From Ginkgo biloba (taxonomy: Eukaryota; Plantae; Ginkgophyta), in the NCBI GenBank assembly GCA_024626585.2, contig JANKJI020000004.1, positions 142,192,146 through 142,219,185 of the forward strand: a stretch of 27,040 nt of DNA, given 5' to 3'. The first letter of the stretch is position 1; each line of letters opens with the position of its first letter. Below the pieces are notes generated by a model, which was not told the origin of the DNA, made no database searches, and saw only the letters and a program-made list of their open reading frames with translations. The position numbers were made by a program, and so were the translations under genes. This document shows, in pieces, positions 23,754 to 27,040 of the stretch.

Positions 23754-24720
23754 CTACATCATCTGCTGTGAGTAGAACATCGATGAGTCATAAGACTTCA
23801 ACGACTGAAACTCTGCAAACTGACCACTACCCTGCTGTGCTATCCCAGCATGTCCCTGGGATTCATTAGTTTGTCCAGTAGAGGACCTGCACATTAAGTT
23901 AATTGTACACCGAACATCTTGTGGACTCGCATCTTGAGAACCTCTGATGTCATGTCCCTGCAGTAAGCCAGGCATATGACCTTCAAAGTTTCCTATACCA
24001 CCAATATTACTGACAAGAGATCCACTGTGGCGCTCCTTGTCAACTGAATTCCCTCGAGATGCTGAAAATCCACTTGAGACCAGACTTGTAGGTGATTGGG
24101 GGCTAATAGTTAATAATTTGTCTTCAACAAGATCAAAGTTGTGTTGCAATCCTTGCATTAATGGTTGAGCTATGGGAGGTTGATTCTCATGTATAAGCTG
24201 CTCCAGTGTAACACCTGATCGTGTGCCCATATCCAAAGAAGCCGATCCTGAAGCTCCTGAGCTCCATGAATGAGATGACAGAAGAGAGAGAGCACGGCCG
24301 GAGTCTGAGACTCCTGATAGACCTTGAACAGCAGATCTAACTTCTAAACCTGACATAACTCCTGTAACTGATGAGGATGAGAGAGTCAAAGCTTGGCCAT
24401 CTGGGCTCCCAGAGCTCTGCATATACTGGGGAACACCTTGATTAAGAACATTACCAGGCACAGTCTTACTGTTCTGTAACAATAGTAGCAATCCATCAGC
24501 ACTGTTACGAGACAGAGAGCTTGCATATGATTGCTGATCAATGCTTGGTATTTGTAGGTATGCATTGTAAGTTGATTGGTCCTCTGTTTTTATAATCCTT
24601 GGCCAAGTTCTTTTTCCATGACCAAGTTTCAAATCACTGGGAACTTCTAGCACTGACCTTGGCACTATCCTTGGATTTCTAAAGATGATCTATCCATTAA
24701 AAGGTTACCATATCTGTTAT
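23754..24720 (-). CDS. SPL: Last coding exon of an SPL (SBP-box) transcription factor gene, probably SPL2/10/11-like, with an apparent 1-nt frameshift near 24682
   Basis: Acceptor CTCTCTTTGGTGTTTTGCAG ends at 24721. A 303-codon open frame contains SGRALSLLSS (the miR156-site peptide) and ends FAEFQSLKSYDSSMFYSQQMM-TAG. The spliced frame reads NRYGNLLMDRSSLEIQG* unless one T is restored in TCTTTAGA. The clade assignment comes from remembered motifs only. Confidence 0.88.
24276..24300 (-). promoter_or_regulatory. miR156/157 response element overlapping a miR529-type site
   Basis: The mRNA-sense sequence GTGCTCTCTCTCTTCTGTCA (24295-24276) is the canonical SPL miR156 site. It has one mismatch to UGACAGAAGAGAGUGAGCAC, at miRNA position 14. 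The plus strand at 24280-24300 reads AGAAGAGAGAGAGCACGGCCG, which is miR529-like. Confidence 0.95.
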
Positions 24721-25328
24721 CTGCAAAACACCAAAGAGAGCAATTAGTATACACATTGGAAACTTGAACCTAACAACACTCAACACACTCACCCATTCTT
24801 AAAAAATGCTTCATCAACAGTTTCATAAGACATTAAATTGTCAAGTATAGTAAGAAAACTGCTAGAAAAACATTATGTAGAATAGTGTATGTTCAACATG
24901 GCTATTTAACTTTGTTGCTAATGTACTAAAACACCTTTTAGAGATTTTGATAGAAAAAGGACACTAGATAAAACATAGTGGCAATAGAAAAAATTCTACT
25001 GTGAGACTTTAAGATAATCATCCATAAGAAAATCAAGAAATTATGCTACGTGTTCAATCCATTCAATAGTTGAGGAAATGCTAAAAAACCAGTTGAACAC
25101 GAAACCTCAAAAAAATGTGGCTTGAAGACCTTAGAATAATTCTTTCACACGGTAGCAACCTGTAGAAACCATAGCTTATCTTTTAGACGACTATGCAATG
25201 CAGCAAAGACAGAATTGCACTNNNNNNNNNNNNNNNNNNNNNNNNNNAAAGCAAGCTTCTGTGTAAGACATATTATTTTCAACGAAACATTAAAACCATT
25301 AGAATTACTCCTTCATATTTGGCAGTAC
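24721..25328 (-). other. Phase-1 GT-AG intron of the SPL gene (about 608 nt, includes a short N run)
   Basis: Donor T|GTACTG at 25328 and acceptor TTTTGCAG| at 24721, with a CTAAT branch-point-like motif about 27 nt upstream of the acceptor. The position after ..SSFH fits SPL gene structure. Confidence 0.75.
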
Positions 25329-25465
25329 AATGGAAGGAGGAAGGAAGCCTTGCAGAGTTCATTGCCATTGGATCTGGTTGAGGCTTCCTACTATGCTCAT
25401 TGCAACCCGCAAGAAGCCTCCTACAACTTTGCTTTCCTTCATCGGACTCTACCAACACATCAAAC
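25329..25465 (-). CDS. SPL: SPL exon encoding the C-terminal half of the SBP domain (degenerate)
   Basis: 137-nt exon after CCTAG|, reading (R)FDVLVESDEGKQSCRRLLAGCNEHSRKPQPDPMAMNSARLPSSFH against the consensus RFH.[26 protein letters not shown]. It begins at the conserved phase-2 intron in CQQCSR/FH. Missed by the ORF track. Confidence 0.93.
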
Positions 25466-26180
25466 CTAGGATATCAACTCCTAAATCTTAAACGTGATTA
25501 TCCACTTTGAAAAGACTTTGAGGAAACAAATTAAAGAATGCAACAGGCATCTTCAGAAAGTACCATAAATATCTATACTTTTAGGAAGTAATGCATGATG
25601 TGAAACACATTTTCTAAGGTAATGTAGGCATATACTTTATGGTGAACTTACTGAACCCCTTTCTTTTAAGATACACTACTCAGTGAAAACTAAGCTAAAT
25701 ATATAGGCCTCTAGAAATAGTCACATGTAACATCAATGATCACAATCTACCATACTATATGCATTTTAAATCTGGCATGATGTCAGAGAAAAACTTTCTT
25801 CATATTGTTTGCAGAAAATAATCCTGAGTGTGCATGGCAGTATAGTTGATCCAGAAGTATATATATGGTCTACAAAATTCAATTAGGTGAAACTAGCTTA
25901 TGCTAATTTTGGATGTAAATATTAGAAAAATTAGAGATTTAAACCTAATAATCAAGGGGGAAAAGAGCAGAGAACCCAAAAGGTAGCAATTAGTGCAAAC
26001 TAGGTGAGAAAAGGAAGAGGAAAAGAGTTAAGAAAACCAAACAACTGTAAAGAGAGACAAAAAAAACTGCCCAAGGAATCCAACTCATTAGAGGTTTTTG
26101 ACAAGGAAACTGTAATAAAGGGAACCTGCGATATGCTCTAGGCCTCCAAGGTGATAGAGGCATGGGTTCCCTGCTGCTCA

Positions 26181-26225
26181 TGACATGCAGGCCTATGACG
26201 TGCGTACAAGTGACATGACTCGACA
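26181..26225. promoter_or_regulatory. Candidate intronic cis-element cluster: three TGACRTG at 15-bp period with an embedded SBP consensus TGCGTACAA
   Basis: TGACATG at 26181, TGACGTG at 26196 and TGACATG at 26211, plus an extra TGAC at 26216. TNCGTACAA matches at 26201-26209. Confidence 0.4.
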
Positions 26226-27040
26226 CATATCCAGCTTGTAACCCACTGCTTCACAATTGCCACCCACTAGACTAACCCTGATTCATCAAAGGTGAATATA
26301 ATATATATTACAGCTCCTGGATGCTTTACCTAGGTCTTAATTAAGTACTTGGGAATTATAGAATCTTGCATGACAGAGGAGTTTCAAAAATAAATAGTCA
26401 GCAATTCACAAGAGAACTTTGGTGTGCGCAGGGCTGAGAAGGAACCAGGAAGACAGAACGAAAATGCATGAGAAAATTGCAAAGGTGTATCTACTATATA
26501 GACAGCAACAACTGCAACCTGCAATAACCCAACAACTGCCATACTATTAATCATGATATGACCATGACACGACTGGAATCAAAAGATAGGACTCAAACCA
26601 ATTTGCCATCCCACTTAAACAAATTCCATAAAGTAGCACTGTAAATGGCATAAAGCAAACAAAAATCAAACTGACTCTTTTTGCCTTGGGCGCAAATCCA
26701 GATATGATTTTAATTACAAGTATTGATAACACATTCACACTTTCGTTTCAGGAAGGCCAATGTGGGGAAAACATTCAAAATAATGAAAGAGATAACGAGG
26801 ACAAGCCACCAGACAAGTTTGATTTTCTTTAAATTTCTGTGTCTGTGCATATACACAAGGTTACCATCAGTTGGCATAGAATGAGCTCTCTGTAAACTTC
26901 TGCAAAAGTAAAATCTATGTTCATAGGGAAGGACTCCTGCAGCTCCTTTTGAACATGAATGCACCATTTCTTTCCAAATCAATTGCTACCTTAATAGGAC
27001 AAGATATTAAAAAACAAAAAAGTAATGATTCTAAAAGGAA

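Noticed and set aside
24276-24295. MIR156 gene on the plus strand (the sequence reads like mature miR156)
   Set aside because: No complementary star arm is nearby to form a hairpin. It is simply the reverse complement of the target site in the SPL coding exon.
24369-24392. Second miR156-like site encoding ALTLSSS
   Set aside because: Too many mismatches and bulges to miR156 or miR529.
24663-24665. GTG start of the 303-aa ORF as the real gene start
   Set aside because: This is a eukaryotic spliced gene. The ORF is the last exon downstream of an acceptor and a frameshift, and the GTG is an internal Val.
25466-27040. First SBP exon (CQVEGC..RFCQQCS) or genes from ORFs 25990-26226, 26547-26738 and 26710-26982
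   Set aside because: No Cys/His SBP motif was found in my reading. The short ORFs have no recognisable protein features, and the region looks intronic.
1-27040. CRISPR arrays, tRNA/rRNA genes or prokaryotic defence systems
   Set aside because: No regularly spaced repeat-spacer structure, cloverleaf or operon-like gene density. The content is plant nuclear DNA.

Overview
AT-rich, CG-depleted, gap-riddled seed-plant nuclear DNA. The repeat landscape looks gymnosperm-like, but the species cannot be determined from the sequence. There are no prokaryotic genes, RNA genes or CRISPR arrays. About 1-22.6 kb is a graveyard of old, stop-riddled retroelements: L1 LINE ORF1 and ORF2 pieces, two Ty3/gypsy chromovirus 3' ends with PPT and LTR, a related solo LTR, a gypsy RT that appears to switch lineage mid-domain, and several Ty1/copia fragments. 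A possible ankyrin-PGG gene relic also lies in this stretch. The right end holds the last two coding exons of a minus-strand SQUAMOSA promoter-binding-like (SPL/SBP-box) gene; the exon with the first half of the SBP domain is not in the window. This gene is the most interesting thing here. Its SBP exon has lost a Zn ligand and most of the basic NLS, and a 1-nt frameshift sits at the start of the last exon. Yet the 303-codon C-terminal frame is open and an overlapping miR156/miR529 site is intact. Its upstream intron carries three 15-bp-phased TGACRTG motifs containing an exact SBP-binding consensus. All protein family calls come from manual translation and remembered consensus motifs, not from database searches.
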